The notes below the pieces were generated by a model. That model was given only the letters and a program-made list of their open reading frames with translations. It was not told the origin of the DNA and ran no database searches. From NCBI GenBank assembly GCA_903850915.1, contig CAINMV010000010.1, positions 980-64,979 on the forward strand: a DNA stretch of 64,000 nt, given 5' to 3'. Within the stretch, counting starts at the first letter, position 1. Every line of letters starts with the position of its first letter. This document shows, in pieces, positions 1 to 9,173 of the stretch. The DNA is from an uncultured Bacteroidota bacterium (GTDB taxonomy: Bacteria; Bacteroidota; Bacteroidia; UKL13-3). A program made the translations under genes and the position numbers.

Positions 1-774
1 AACTAAGGGTGGGATGTTCTCGCCTAAATTACGCACAAACTGATTCAACACTTTAAAGCCATCATTAAAATCCATCTCATCAAACATACCCTCAAAATCA
101 CTGATGTCGGTTTTGTACTTAATGCCAACGATAGGCTCTAGCAAATTCTCTGTGTCTGGAAAATACTGATTTAAAAAATAAATGATCAAATCTCTAGCTC
201 GAGCATTGTAATGACTATACATGGTGACTTTTCCAAAAAAATATTTGATGTGAGGGTAGTCAACCACAATAGCGCCTAGGCCATCCCAAATATTGTCTAA
301 GGCAAAAATGCCTTTCCTCGGATTTACAGAGGGTTGAAAATTGGGCTGAACCCAACTCCTGCCTAACTCGATGGTATATGGCAGATAGTTGTCGGTGAAG
401 TTTTGCGAAAACCGGAAGTAGTTGGCTGTAGAAAGGTGGGCTTCATGATGTTGCAAGTCTAATGTCTTTGCGCACTCAATAAAGCGATACCCACCTATAA
501 TTTCTCGCTCCTCCGGACAGTAAACAACCAACTGCTCATAACAAATGGGGTCGGTATCGAAGTTGTCAATATCCATTTCCTCACCAGTGCCACCTCCTGC
601 AGCGCGAAATGTAACCTCTCGCAAACGTGCTATTTCAAGCATCACATGCGGTGAATTATGATTGTTAACAATATAAATCTCATTGTGGCCTTTGTTAGTT
701 TTACGCACAAAACGGCTCGAGTTAAGCTCTGCGGCAATGATATCTTTGTCGATAGAAGGTATAATTTGCTTCAA
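1..774 (-). CDS. GNAT-family N-acyltransferase ('hemolysin'-like, GlsB/OlsB-type amino-lipid synthesis); 3' end runs off the window
   Basis: Absent from the ORF track; translated by hand from TTG at 774: LKQIIPSIDK...EIARLREVTFRAAGGGTGEEMDIDNFD...IIGGYRF, the EIxRLRExTFR motif of this family; 11 bp downstream of the acyltransferase. Confidence 0.85.
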   Translation of the reverse strand, partial: MKQIIPSIDKDIIAAELNSSRFVRKTNKGHNEIYIVNNHNSPHVMLEIARLREVTFRAAGGGTGEEMDIDNFDTDPICYEQLVVYCPEEREIIGGYRFIECAKTLDLQHHEAHLSTANYFRFSQNFTDNYLPYTIELGRSWVQPNFQPSVNPRKGIFALDNIWDGLGAIVVDYPHIKYFFGKVTMYSHYNARARDLIIYFLNQYFPDTENLLEPIVGIKYKTDISDFEGMFDEMDFNDGFKVLNQFVRNLGENIPPLV

Positions 775-785
775 AATATTTAATG

Positions 786-1613
786 TTATTTTATAAATTC
801 CTTTAAGTTATATAACAACTGTTTTACCCAAGCGGCCCATTGCTCATCGGTTTTTGATTTTGTAAAAGTAGCAGGTTCTATCAAATTACCAAAAACAATG
901 GTAATATGTTTGCCCTTTTGCTTATACATCTCATCTACTAAAAACATCATTTCGATATTGAGCTTAATGCCCAAAAGAGTTCGAAATCGACTGAGATTAT
1001 AAAAAAAATCGCTGTTACGGGCATGGATATATACTGGCAAAACTGGCTTATTGAATTTTTTAGCTCGTGAAACAAAAGTTTTTTTCCAAACTAAATCTTC
1101 AATCTCACCATTAGACTGCCGGCGAGAAACTAATCCTGCTGGGAAAAGCAAGATGAGTTGATCTGAAGAAAATAAATCATTAATCAACTTAAAGGATTCG
1201 GCCGACATCTTACCAAATTTATTGACGCCAACAATTACATCATTTAAATTATGTAAGTTAGTAAGCAAGTCATTGGCGATAAACTTAATGTCTTTGCGGA
1301 TTTTCTGCAATTCTGTTACCAAACAAATCGACTCTAAAGCACCCAAAGGATGGTTGCACACCAAAATGCAGCCACCAGTTTTAGGCACGTTTTGCAATTG
1401 CATTACATCAAAGGTCATTTCTACCTTTTTTAATACACCTTCGCAAAATTGAAAGGCATTATCATGATAATGAGCTTCTATAAAGGCATTTGTTTCATCT
1501 TGATGAATTATTCGCTTTAAATAGCGAATCACAAACGCTGGAATAATTTTGTAGAGTGTTGGGTTTTTCGACTGAAACAACCTGTCTAAATCTATTAACT
1601 TTTTCTCATCCAT
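786..1613 (-). CDS. PlsC-like O-acyltransferase (GlsA-type, paired with the GNAT)
   Basis: NHPLG, FIANDLL and LFPAGLVSRR acyltransferase motifs. Confidence 0.85.
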   Translation of the reverse strand: MDEKKLIDLDRLFQSKNPTLYKIIPAFVIRYLKRIIHQDETNAFIEAHYHDNAFQFCEGVLKKVEMTFDVMQLQNVPKTGGCILVCNHPLGALESICLVTELQKIRKDIKFIANDLLTNLHNLNDVIVGVNKFGKMSAESFKLINDLFSSDQLILLFPAGLVSRRQSNGEIEDLVWKKTFVSRAKKFNKPVLPVYIHARNSDFFYNLSRFRTLLGIKLNIEMMFLVDEMYKQKGKHITIVFGNLIEPATFTKSKTDEQWAAWVKQLLYNLKEFIK

Positions 1614-1658
1614 AGTGTATATAACCTTTCTTGCTTATCTTTGTTACGTTAATTTAAC

Positions 1659-2321
1659 ATGATAGCTCGCGAATATATTGATAAAAATCTGCAACCGCTT
1701 CCCGCAAACGACACGGTTGAGCTTACCTTAAATTATTTATTGCAACATCAGCTCAGTCAAGCCTTCATCTTTAAGGACGACAAAACGTTAAACCTCATTA
1801 AACTTAACGATATTTTTTTTCAGGATAAAGAGAGGTCAACAATAGAATTCTCATCTGAATTCACCTTAAAACTTACCGGCGATTTGCATTGGAGCCAATT
1901 TCTAGGTTTCTTTAAATTACTAAACCTTGAAATATTACCCGTTTACTCCTTAAATTATGAATTTGTGGGGTTTATTCAAAAGGCATCACTTATAGCAAAC
2001 CTTAACGATTTAAATTATCTTGAAGAACCGGGAGCAATTATTATGTTAGAATGTAGTCCTAACTACTATGCGGCATCCGAAGTAGTTCGTATTGCTGAAA
2101 TGTATAACGGGAGAATTATTGCTCTTTTTACGCATTTCGATGTGCTCACCCAAAAGCTGATTATTACGCTAAAGCTTAATCTACAAGAAACAAGGGGCCT
2201 TTCCAATACCTTCGAACGCTTTGGATACGATGTGATTCATATTTTTATGAATAAAGATTTAAATGATGAAGTTTACACAGAACGTTATGAATCGCTTTTA
2301 AGAACTCTCGATATTAAATAA
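1659..2321 (+). CDS. CBS-domain protein
   Basis: 220 aa with EEPGAII and FERFGYDV...ERYESLLRTL motifs; usual position upstream of nadK in Bacteroidota; TATCTTTG at 1636-1643. Confidence 0.75.
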   Translation: MIAREYIDKNLQPLPANDTVELTLNYLLQHQLSQAFIFKDDKTLNLIKLNDIFFQDKERSTIEFSSEFTLKLTGDLHWSQFLGFFKLLNLEILPVYSLNYEFVGFIQKASLIANLNDLNYLEEPGAIIMLECSPNYYAASEVVRIAEMYNGRIIALFTHFDVLTQKLIITLKLNLQETRGLSNTFERFGYDVIHIFMNKDLNDEVYTERYESLLRTLDIK

Positions 2322-2330
2322 CGATTAACC

Positions 2331-3206
2331 ATGCGCATTGCCATCTATAGCCGAATACTGAGAAATGAGTGCCTGCCTTCAGTAGTGAAGCTTATCACCC
2401 TCTTTCGCAAGAAAAAAGCAACGGTTATTGTACACTCCACATTATTCACCCAGATTAAACCTCTTCTTCAAAAAAACGATACTATTCAATTTTTTGATGG
2501 CGACCTGGAACTTAAGGATGCTGAAATGATAATCTCCATTGGCGGTGACGGAACCTTGCTCGATACGTTATTGTTGCTTAAAAATCGTGAAATTCCAGTT
2601 CTTGGAATTAACACTGGCAGGCTTGGTTTTTTAGCCAATGCCCCGTTCGAAGATTTTGAAGCTATTGTGAGTAATATTATGAACCGCCACTACCTTCTTG
2701 AAAAAAGGAGCTTAATTGAATTCAAAAGCAATTCCGATTTATTTGGCAACGATATTTGGGCGCTCAACGACTTTGTAATTCACAAAAAAGAGAGCTCAAG
2801 CATGATTACGATTAACACCTTTTTAAATGGTGAGTTTTTAAATACTTATTGGGCCGATGGGCTTATTGTAAGCACTCCTACTGGCTCTACCGGATATTCA
2901 CTTTCCTGTGGTGGTCCAATCATATTCCCCGACTCTGCAAATTTGGTTATCACGCCTATCGCACCGCACAATCTTAATGTTCGACCAATCGTGGTTTCCG
3001 ACGAAGATGTGATTTCGTTCGAAGTCGAAGGCCGTGTAAATTCCTTTTTAGCAAGTTTAGACTCAAGGTCGGTACCTTTCGAATCGAACATCGAAATTGC
3101 CGTAAAAAGGGCCTCACATAGCTTTATTTTAATGCGTTTTAATGAAGATAACTTCCTAACTACACTTCGCAACAAACTTTCATGGGGAAATGACACCCGA
3201 AATTAA
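2331..3206 (+). CDS. nadK: NAD kinase
   Basis: GGDGT, GINTGRLGFL, DGLIVSTPTGSTGYSLSCGGP. Confidence 0.97.
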   Translation: MRIAIYSRILRNECLPSVVKLITLFRKKKATVIVHSTLFTQIKPLLQKNDTIQFFDGDLELKDAEMIISIGGDGTLLDTLLLLKNREIPVLGINTGRLGFLANAPFEDFEAIVSNIMNRHYLLEKRSLIEFKSNSDLFGNDIWALNDFVIHKKESSSMITINTFLNGEFLNTYWADGLIVSTPTGSTGYSLSCGGPIIFPDSANLVITPIAPHNLNVRPIVVSDEDVISFEVEGRVNSFLASLDSRSVPFESNIEIAVKRASHSFILMRFNEDNFLTTLRNKLSWGNDTRN

Positions 3207-3242
3207 TCTTAGTCTCTAACCCTGTAAAATGTTTTTTATAAC

Positions 3243-4097
3243 TTGAATTCTAAACAATATCATCGCAAAGCCAAACTAAATTTCAAATTGCCTTTTTTAT
3301 TGGCGCTTTTTGCTTTTAAAACAATGGTAACAAAAGCCCAGAAATGGGAAGCAGGCATTCTTGCTGGCCCAATTGCCTATCGCGGCGATTTGGCTAAGCC
3401 TATGATTCAAGTGCAAGAAATCAAAATGCATTTTGGACTTGTTGGTGGATATGTATTTAACTCAAGAATTGCGCTTAAAAATGAATTAAACTTTGGAGCT
3501 ATTGGAGGTAACGACAAATATGCCCCAAATACACTCTCTGGATTTGAACACCAAGATCGCAACTTGAATTTCAAATCAAATTTAGTTGATTTTACTTCTC
3601 GACTAGAATTTAACTTTTTGAAGCCAAAAAGCAAACTACAGAAAAATTTTGTTACCCCATTTATCACCTTTGGTATCGGTGTTTTTCATTTCGACCCATA
3701 CACATATTACAACAACGAAAAAATCTATTTGCATAAGCTCCAAACTGAGCTTGATAAACCTCTATATGCATTAACACAATTGTGTATTCCTGTTGGTGGT
3801 GGATTAAAAATTGGCTTGGAAAACAACTTCACTTTGGGCCTCATCTATGAAGCAAAATACACAAAAACCGACTACATTGATGATGTGTCGCATAACTGGC
3901 AATCGAATGTTACCTCCGGAAGCCTAGGCCAATCGCTTACATATAGAGGCGATAAATCTTTACCACGTCATAATAATAACCCCATAGACCCCACAAGCAC
4001 GAATAGAGGCGACCCCACCAATCATGATAACTATGTCACCTTTTCTTTCTCCTTGATAAAAACAATATATAAGGCTCCGCCTTGCGGCCGTTTTTAA
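3243..4097 (+). CDS. DUF6089/PorG-like outer-membrane beta-barrel protein (start uncertain)
   Basis: Signal peptide, YRGDL, RNLNFKS, TDYIDDVS and RGDP motifs; downstream of nadK. Confidence 0.75.
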   Translation: MNSKQYHRKAKLNFKLPFLLALFAFKTMVTKAQKWEAGILAGPIAYRGDLAKPMIQVQEIKMHFGLVGGYVFNSRIALKNELNFGAIGGNDKYAPNTLSGFEHQDRNLNFKSNLVDFTSRLEFNFLKPKSKLQKNFVTPFITFGIGVFHFDPYTYYNNEKIYLHKLQTELDKPLYALTQLCIPVGGGLKIGLENNFTLGLIYEAKYTKTDYIDDVSHNWQSNVTSGSLGQSLTYRGDKSLPRHNNNPIDPTSTNRGDPTNHDNYVTFSFSLIKTIYKAPPCGRF

Positions 4098-4116
4098 ATG
4101 CTAAAAAATGGAGGGA

Positions 4117-4749
4117 TTATGCTTCTAATAAAAACACAAACATCTCTTTGGGACCATGCGCACCTAAAACTAAGGTTTTCTCAATATCTGAAGTTCTGCT
4201 CGGTCCAGTTGTAATGCTTAATAAACTAGGCATGGTGCCATTGTATTTGTTTCTGACATGCTGTAACGCATCTTTTATCTCCGGAAATAGTTGATTGGTA
4301 TAGGCTATTACAATATGTACCGGCGCATATACACTTAATCGCCTGCCGCTTTCCGTGGCAGACGTAATTAAAACACTTCCGGTTCTTGCAATTAGTGCTT
4401 CACAACTTGTAATACTAACACCTATTTCTCGCAATCGAGCTTCATTAAACTCATAATCAATTCCTGACTCTTCGAGCATGTTTTGTATCGATTTCTCTAA
4501 ACAAAAAACACCAGAATATCGTGCCAATAAAGATTTTAAATTTTGACCAAAGGCCTGCATGTTTTCGTTGTATATAAATTTCCCATTTACTGCTGAAAAT
4601 GCTTGCGCAAATTGAACAGCATCATCTTCCGCACTTTGCACGTAGAGGTTGGTGTCCAAGTCGATATCCGCAAACTTATAATCAGTCTTATAAATAAGCG
4701 CTTGGCGAATCCGCTTTAATATTTTTTCTTTTGATGTAGCCTCCTTCAT
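4117..4749 (-). CDS. LUD-domain (LutC/YkgG) protein
   Basis: TGPSRTSDIEKTLVLGAHGP. Confidence 0.9.
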   Translation of the reverse strand: MKEATSKEKILKRIRQALIYKTDYKFADIDLDTNLYVQSAEDDAVQFAQAFSAVNGKFIYNENMQAFGQNLKSLLARYSGVFCLEKSIQNMLEESGIDYEFNEARLREIGVSITSCEALIARTGSVLITSATESGRRLSVYAPVHIVIAYTNQLFPEIKDALQHVRNKYNGTMPSLLSITTGPSRTSDIEKTLVLGAHGPKEMFVFLLEA

Positions 4750-4825
4750 TTATAGGGATGCAATTTTCTACAAAGATAAAAGTCATTAACTAAGCAATTC
4801 TATCTTAAAAGCCTACTTTTGCACC

Positions 4826-5131
4826 ATGGTAGTATACAATGTAACTATTAATGTACACGAATCAGCACATGTAAAATGGCTCCAATGGATGAAAGATGTT
4901 CATCTTCCAAAAGTAATGGACACAAAAATGTTCCGTTCCTATTCCATATTTAAGCTTCTCACCCGACAAGATGATGAGGAGGGCGTAACCTATTGTATAC
5001 AGTACTTTTGCGACAATGAGGCAAATTACGATAACTATAAAACCAACTTTGCACCTACCCTTCAGGCAGAGACGCAACAGTTGTTTGCTGGTCAATTTCA
5101 CGCCTTCCGGACGCTAATGGAAGAGGTTTAA
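4826..5131 (+). CDS. DUF4286 family protein
   Basis: YNVT...WLQWMKDVHLP...TYCIQY...FRTLME. Confidence 0.85.
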   Translation: MVVYNVTINVHESAHVKWLQWMKDVHLPKVMDTKMFRSYSIFKLLTRQDDEEGVTYCIQYFCDNEANYDNYKTNFAPTLQAETQQLFAGQFHAFRTLMEEV

Positions 5132-5169
5132 TTGAAAAAGAACGAAAACTTTTGAACGTTAAGATCGAA

Positions 5170-6546
5170 TTATGATTCTTTTTGCATTTCTGCAAAAAAC
5201 TTAAAGAAATACGGAATCGTTTCTATACCTTTATAATAATTGAAGATATCGTATTTCTCATTAGGGCTATGAAGGTTATCGCTATCTAACCCAAAGCCAA
5301 ACAACATGCTTTTTAACCCTAACTCTCGCTCAAAGAGTGCGACAATTGGAATACTACCTCCGCTACGTGTTGGCACTGGCTTTTTGCCAAAGGTGGCCTC
5401 AATAGCCTTTGAACCCGCTAAATAGGGTATCGAATCGGTTGGGGTAAGATATGGCTCTCCCCCATGGTGAGCGGTTACTTTAACTTTTACAGTGGGTGGT
5501 GCTATCTTATTAAAATGTTCAGAAAAAATCCTAGAGATTGTATCACTATTTTGATTCGGAACCAAGCGCATACTAATTTTAGCATTGGCTTTAGAAGGCA
5601 ATACGGTTTTTGCGCCTTCGCCGGTGTAGCCACTCCAAATACCATTTACTTCCAATGTAGGCCTTGTCCCTGTTCGCTCTAAGGTACTAAAGCCTTTTTC
5701 TCCCCATTCCGTAGCAATACCCAAATCGTCATTATATTCATTTTGATTGAACGGCGCTGCATTCAAATCGCTACGTTCTTCTTGTGTCAAACCGATCACA
5801 TCATTATAAAACCCTGGAATCGCGATGTGGTTATTTTCATCATGCAAGGAAGCAATAAGTTTTGCGAGTATCGTTGCCGGATTGGCAACAGCCCCACCAT
5901 ACACACCACTATGTAAGTCTCGGTTCGGGCCTACTACCTCTACCTCCATATACGCCAAGCCTCGCAAGCCAACATCTAAACTCGGTGTTTCCATACTTAT
6001 CATCGAGGTGTCTGAAATTAAAATTACATCTGCTTTCAATCTTGACTTATTTTCAACCACAAACTTACCTAAATTAATACTGCCTACCTCTTCTTCACCT
6101 TCAATCATAAACTTAATATTGCAGGCCAATGTGCCCGTTTGCATCATGGTTTCAAAGGCTTTCACGTGCATATACATCTGTCCTTTGTCATCACAGGCAC
6201 CACGTGCGAATATCTTACCTTCTTTTATCATCGGCTCAAAAGGTGGAGAATTCCATAGCTCCAAAGGATCGGCTGGCTGCACGTCATAATGCCCATATAC
6301 CAATACAGTTGGAAAATTAGGGTTGATTATTTTCTCGCCATAAACAATGGGATGACCTGCTGTTGCGCATACTTCTACAAGGTCGGCACCGGCAGCACGC
6401 AATCGGCTGGCTACCATTTCAGCACAATGTATCATATCGTTGTTATGCTCACTTCTTGCGCTCACGCTAGGAATGCGCAACAAATCAAGTAACTCACTCA
6501 AAAAACGGTCTTTGTTATTGGCTATATATTCGGAAGGTGTATTCAT
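5170..6546 (-). CDS. M20 family dipeptidase
   Basis: YGHYDVQP, RGACDDKGQ, EGEEEVGS, HSPNE. Confidence 0.95.
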   Translation of the reverse strand: MNTPSEYIANNKDRFLSELLDLLRIPSVSARSEHNNDMIHCAEMVASRLRAAGADLVEVCATAGHPIVYGEKIINPNFPTVLVYGHYDVQPADPLELWNSPPFEPMIKEGKIFARGACDDKGQMYMHVKAFETMMQTGTLACNIKFMIEGEEEVGSINLGKFVVENKSRLKADVILISDTSMISMETPSLDVGLRGLAYMEVEVVGPNRDLHSGVYGGAVANPATILAKLIASLHDENNHIAIPGFYNDVIGLTQEERSDLNAAPFNQNEYNDDLGIATEWGEKGFSTLERTGTRPTLEVNGIWSGYTGEGAKTVLPSKANAKISMRLVPNQNSDTISRIFSEHFNKIAPPTVKVKVTAHHGGEPYLTPTDSIPYLAGSKAIEATFGKKPVPTRSGGSIPIVALFERELGLKSMLFGFGLDSDNLHSPNEKYDIFNYYKGIETIPYFFKFFAEMQKES

Positions 6547-6644
6547 ATAGTATGGGTGTTATTAAACGACGTAAAAGAAGCAAAAAATATTGAAAGCAAA
6601 AAGCAGGAATGCTTAACTTTGCAAACAAATCAAACACATCAACT

Positions 6645-6869
6645 ATGGAAGGTCAAGCACCAAAAGAAACAGGATTTGAGAAATTCATACGCATTTTAGG
6701 TATGATAATGTCTTTTGTATATGTAGTTATTGGCGTTGCGTTATTCACCAAGGCCATCAACTTGTCGATTGATGAAACATATTCAAAAATCCTTGGCATT
6801 GGATTGGTGGCTTACGGCGCCTTTCGGTTTTACAGAGCATTTAAGGGCCCGAACACCGAAACCAGATAG
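6645..6869 (+). CDS. Small two-TM membrane protein
   Basis: Two hydrophobic helices ending YGAFRFYRA; start moved to ATG 6645 because TAACTTTG (6614-6621) lies inside the longer ORF. Confidence 0.65.
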   Translation: MEGQAPKETGFEKFIRILGMIMSFVYVVIGVALFTKAINLSIDETYSKILGIGLVAYGAFRFYRAFKGPNTETR

Positions 6870-6900
6870 TTTGGCAACATTAAACGATATAAACTAATAG

Positions 6901-7740
6901 TTACTTTACTAATAGCATATACAAATACGCTGCAGGCATTGCCATTAAAAAACCATCAAAACGATCAAGAAAACCGCCATGACCGGGCAATAAACGACCA
7001 CTATCTTTAATATTGAGACTTCTTTTTAACTGAGATTCGATAAGATCTCCCAGTGTTGAAAAAATGGCGATTGTGAGTCCCAATCCACAATATAGCAATG
7101 GGGATGAATGAAGAACATACTTACCATAAGGAGCAGCAATAAGCATACATAATACCAAGCCACCAATGGTACCCTCCCAGCTTTTTTTCGGCGAGATGCG
7201 CTCAAACAATCTAGTTTTACCAAATAAGCTACCCGCAATATAAGCACCGGTGTCGTTAACCCAAACCAATATAAAAAGCAAAATTGCAAAAACTGGTCGA
7301 CTATAATCGTAATAGGCATCTACATTAAACACAAACAATAAAAGAGAGGCACTAACATAAAGATAACCCAAAAAGGCAAAAGCCATATTGGCAAATGGCG
7401 TGGACGAGCGGTAAAAGAGTTGTAAAAAAAGCAAAACATAGCATCCTGTTGCAAAGCCCATAAAAAGTATACGTTGCACCTGCATTGTATTAAATACAAT
7501 CTCGCATAAAAAAATACTCGTGATGGGTAAAACACCAAGTATCGTTGCAAAAACCCTAAAAAATGGCTGGTTTTCCTCTAAAGTGAGTGAATAAAACTCA
7601 TACAAGCAGAGACCAGTAATGGCAATGGCAAGTATATAGAAAGTATATACATGGATAAAAACAGAAGCAATAATTACACCAACAAAGAAAAAACCAGTGA
7701 GTGTTCTAGTTTGAAAGTTTTTATCTTGGAGTAAACGCAT
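6901..7740 (-). CDS. cdsA: Phosphatidate cytidylyltransferase
   Basis: SPKKSWEG, GDLIESQLKR, KDSG..LPGHGGFLDRFD; ATG 7740 preferred as start. Confidence 0.95.
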   Translation of the reverse strand: MRLLQDKNFQTRTLTGFFFVGVIIASVFIHVYTFYILAIAITGLCLYEFYSLTLEENQPFFRVFATILGVLPITSIFLCEIVFNTMQVQRILFMGFATGCYVLLFLQLFYRSSTPFANMAFAFLGYLYVSASLLLFVFNVDAYYDYSRPVFAILLFILVWVNDTGAYIAGSLFGKTRLFERISPKKSWEGTIGGLVLCMLIAAPYGKYVLHSSPLLYCGLGLTIAIFSTLGDLIESQLKRSLNIKDSGRLLPGHGGFLDRFDGFLMAMPAAYLYMLLVK

Positions 7741-7850
7741 ATGGAAGTGATTATAAAGTACAAATGAAATCAATTTTCCTAAACATAACATAAAAAAATC
7801 TCTGGCTGCCATAACAACCAAAGATTTTAACAAACAAGCTCAATCTCATG

Positions 7851-8111
7851 TTATCTTTTATAACGCCTCATCGCGCGCCTGTCGTGGCGAAGTTCACGTG
7901 CATGATGTTTGGCCTTTAAGGGTTGACCGGCTTTTAAATCATGGCGAAGACGACGCTTATCGCGACGGAGCTCACGACGTTCATGTCGCAGCTCATGCCG
8001 ATGATGACAAACAGTTACAATATGCATCCGTGGTGGTAATATTTCATGTGCATTAATAGCTCTAAGCCCAACAATAAAACTAAGCAGTACTGTGATAATT
8101 AATTTTTTCAT
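7851..8111 (-). CDS. Small secreted His/Arg-rich protein
   Basis: MKKLIITVLL signal peptide followed by RHERRELRRDKRRLRHDL-type repeats. Confidence 0.65.
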   Translation of the reverse strand: MKKLIITVLLSFIVGLRAINAHEILPPRMHIVTVCHHRHELRHERRELRRDKRRLRHDLKAGQPLKAKHHARELRHDRRAMRRYKR

Positions 8112-8166
8112 AGACAATTGGGTTTGAAATTTAAAGTTAATCGAATCGTGTTTATCAGCGAAAAGG

Positions 8167-8988
8167 TTATCTCTTAATTTTAAAAACAACGGTTTGCTTT
8201 CCTACTGTAAGCGTTCCTTGATCATCACAATTGCCATTACCATAATCAATTGTGCGAGTGAGTTTTCCGGTAGGAGTAATTTCTATTGTTCCTGAAGTGA
8301 TATGATATTGGCAGCCAAAATCTACATTGATGGCTTTAGTGATAAGCATAGTATATGCATTGTTGTTGCCATCAGTTCCACTTCCACTACCCGTAATATT
8401 ATAAATATCATCTAAAACTGTTGGGGTATTCGCCCCTTGAATCCATTCGCGGGTTCTAGTGCTATTCCAAGTAATTATTTTACCTGTGGTTTTGGTAATT
8501 TTTGCATTGGTAATAATTACGTTAAAATACAAATGACCAGCATTGTTTAATCCCATATTTGTAACTGTTTTAGTGCCTTCAATTTTATTGTCGTTTTGAT
8601 AGAAGTTATTAAACGTATGGGTAATTACGGTTCCTGTCTGGCGGTATCTGCCAGTCCAGGTGATGATTATACTTCCTCTGCGGTATTTACCGTCGACTCC
8701 CAAACAATTGGTTGTTCCAAAATCAAGTGTCATGCTGTGCGGTGTACTTGCGGTATCGATGGTCACTGCTGGACATGTTCCATTGGTTTTCATTAGGCCG
8801 TTTTCATAAGCCGAAATGTCAACAATTTTTGATTCGTCGCTGAAATTAGCCTCTGCTGTAGCGTCATCCGAAGCAACACTTTCTTCCGTGGTGGTGTCTG
8901 TGTTTTTATTACACGAACTTACGATAACGAAGACTAATAAAAAACTAAAAATTGCCAATACTAAGATTTTTGCGTTTTTTGCTTTCAT
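8167..8988 (-). CDS. Hypothetical lipoprotein (Thr/Gly-rich beta protein)
   Basis: Lipobox VSSC; LDFG...C...DGKYRRG and IDYGNGNCDD motifs. Confidence 0.8.
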   Translation of the reverse strand: MKAKNAKILVLAIFSFLLVFVIVSSCNKNTDTTTEESVASDDATAEANFSDESKIVDISAYENGLMKTNGTCPAVTIDTASTPHSMTLDFGTTNCLGVDGKYRRGSIIITWTGRYRQTGTVITHTFNNFYQNDNKIEGTKTVTNMGLNNAGHLYFNVIITNAKITKTTGKIITWNSTRTREWIQGANTPTVLDDIYNITGSGSGTDGNNNAYTMLITKAINVDFGCQYHITSGTIEITPTGKLTRTIDYGNGNCDDQGTLTVGKQTVVFKIKR

Positions 8989-9060
8989 GGTAAAGAATAA
9001 ATTAATTGTTAATGGTTTTGAAGGACTTAGTGCTTTTGAATTGCAAATTTACACCCCTTT

Positions 9061-9084
9061 GACGTTGCAATAAAGAAAAGGTTT
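9061..9084 (-). promoter_or_regulatory. Putative ECF-sigma promoter (AAC-N16-CGT) for the lipoprotein operon
   Basis: Minus strand AAACCTTTTCTTTATTGCAACGTC, about 70 bp upstream of the ATG at 8988. Confidence 0.5.
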
Positions 9085-9173
9085 ATTAACCGTCGTAAAT
9101 TTTGTATAATTGCAGTAAAATAACACTACAGAATATCGCCATACCTCTACGCAGTAAATTTAATGTAATTGTT

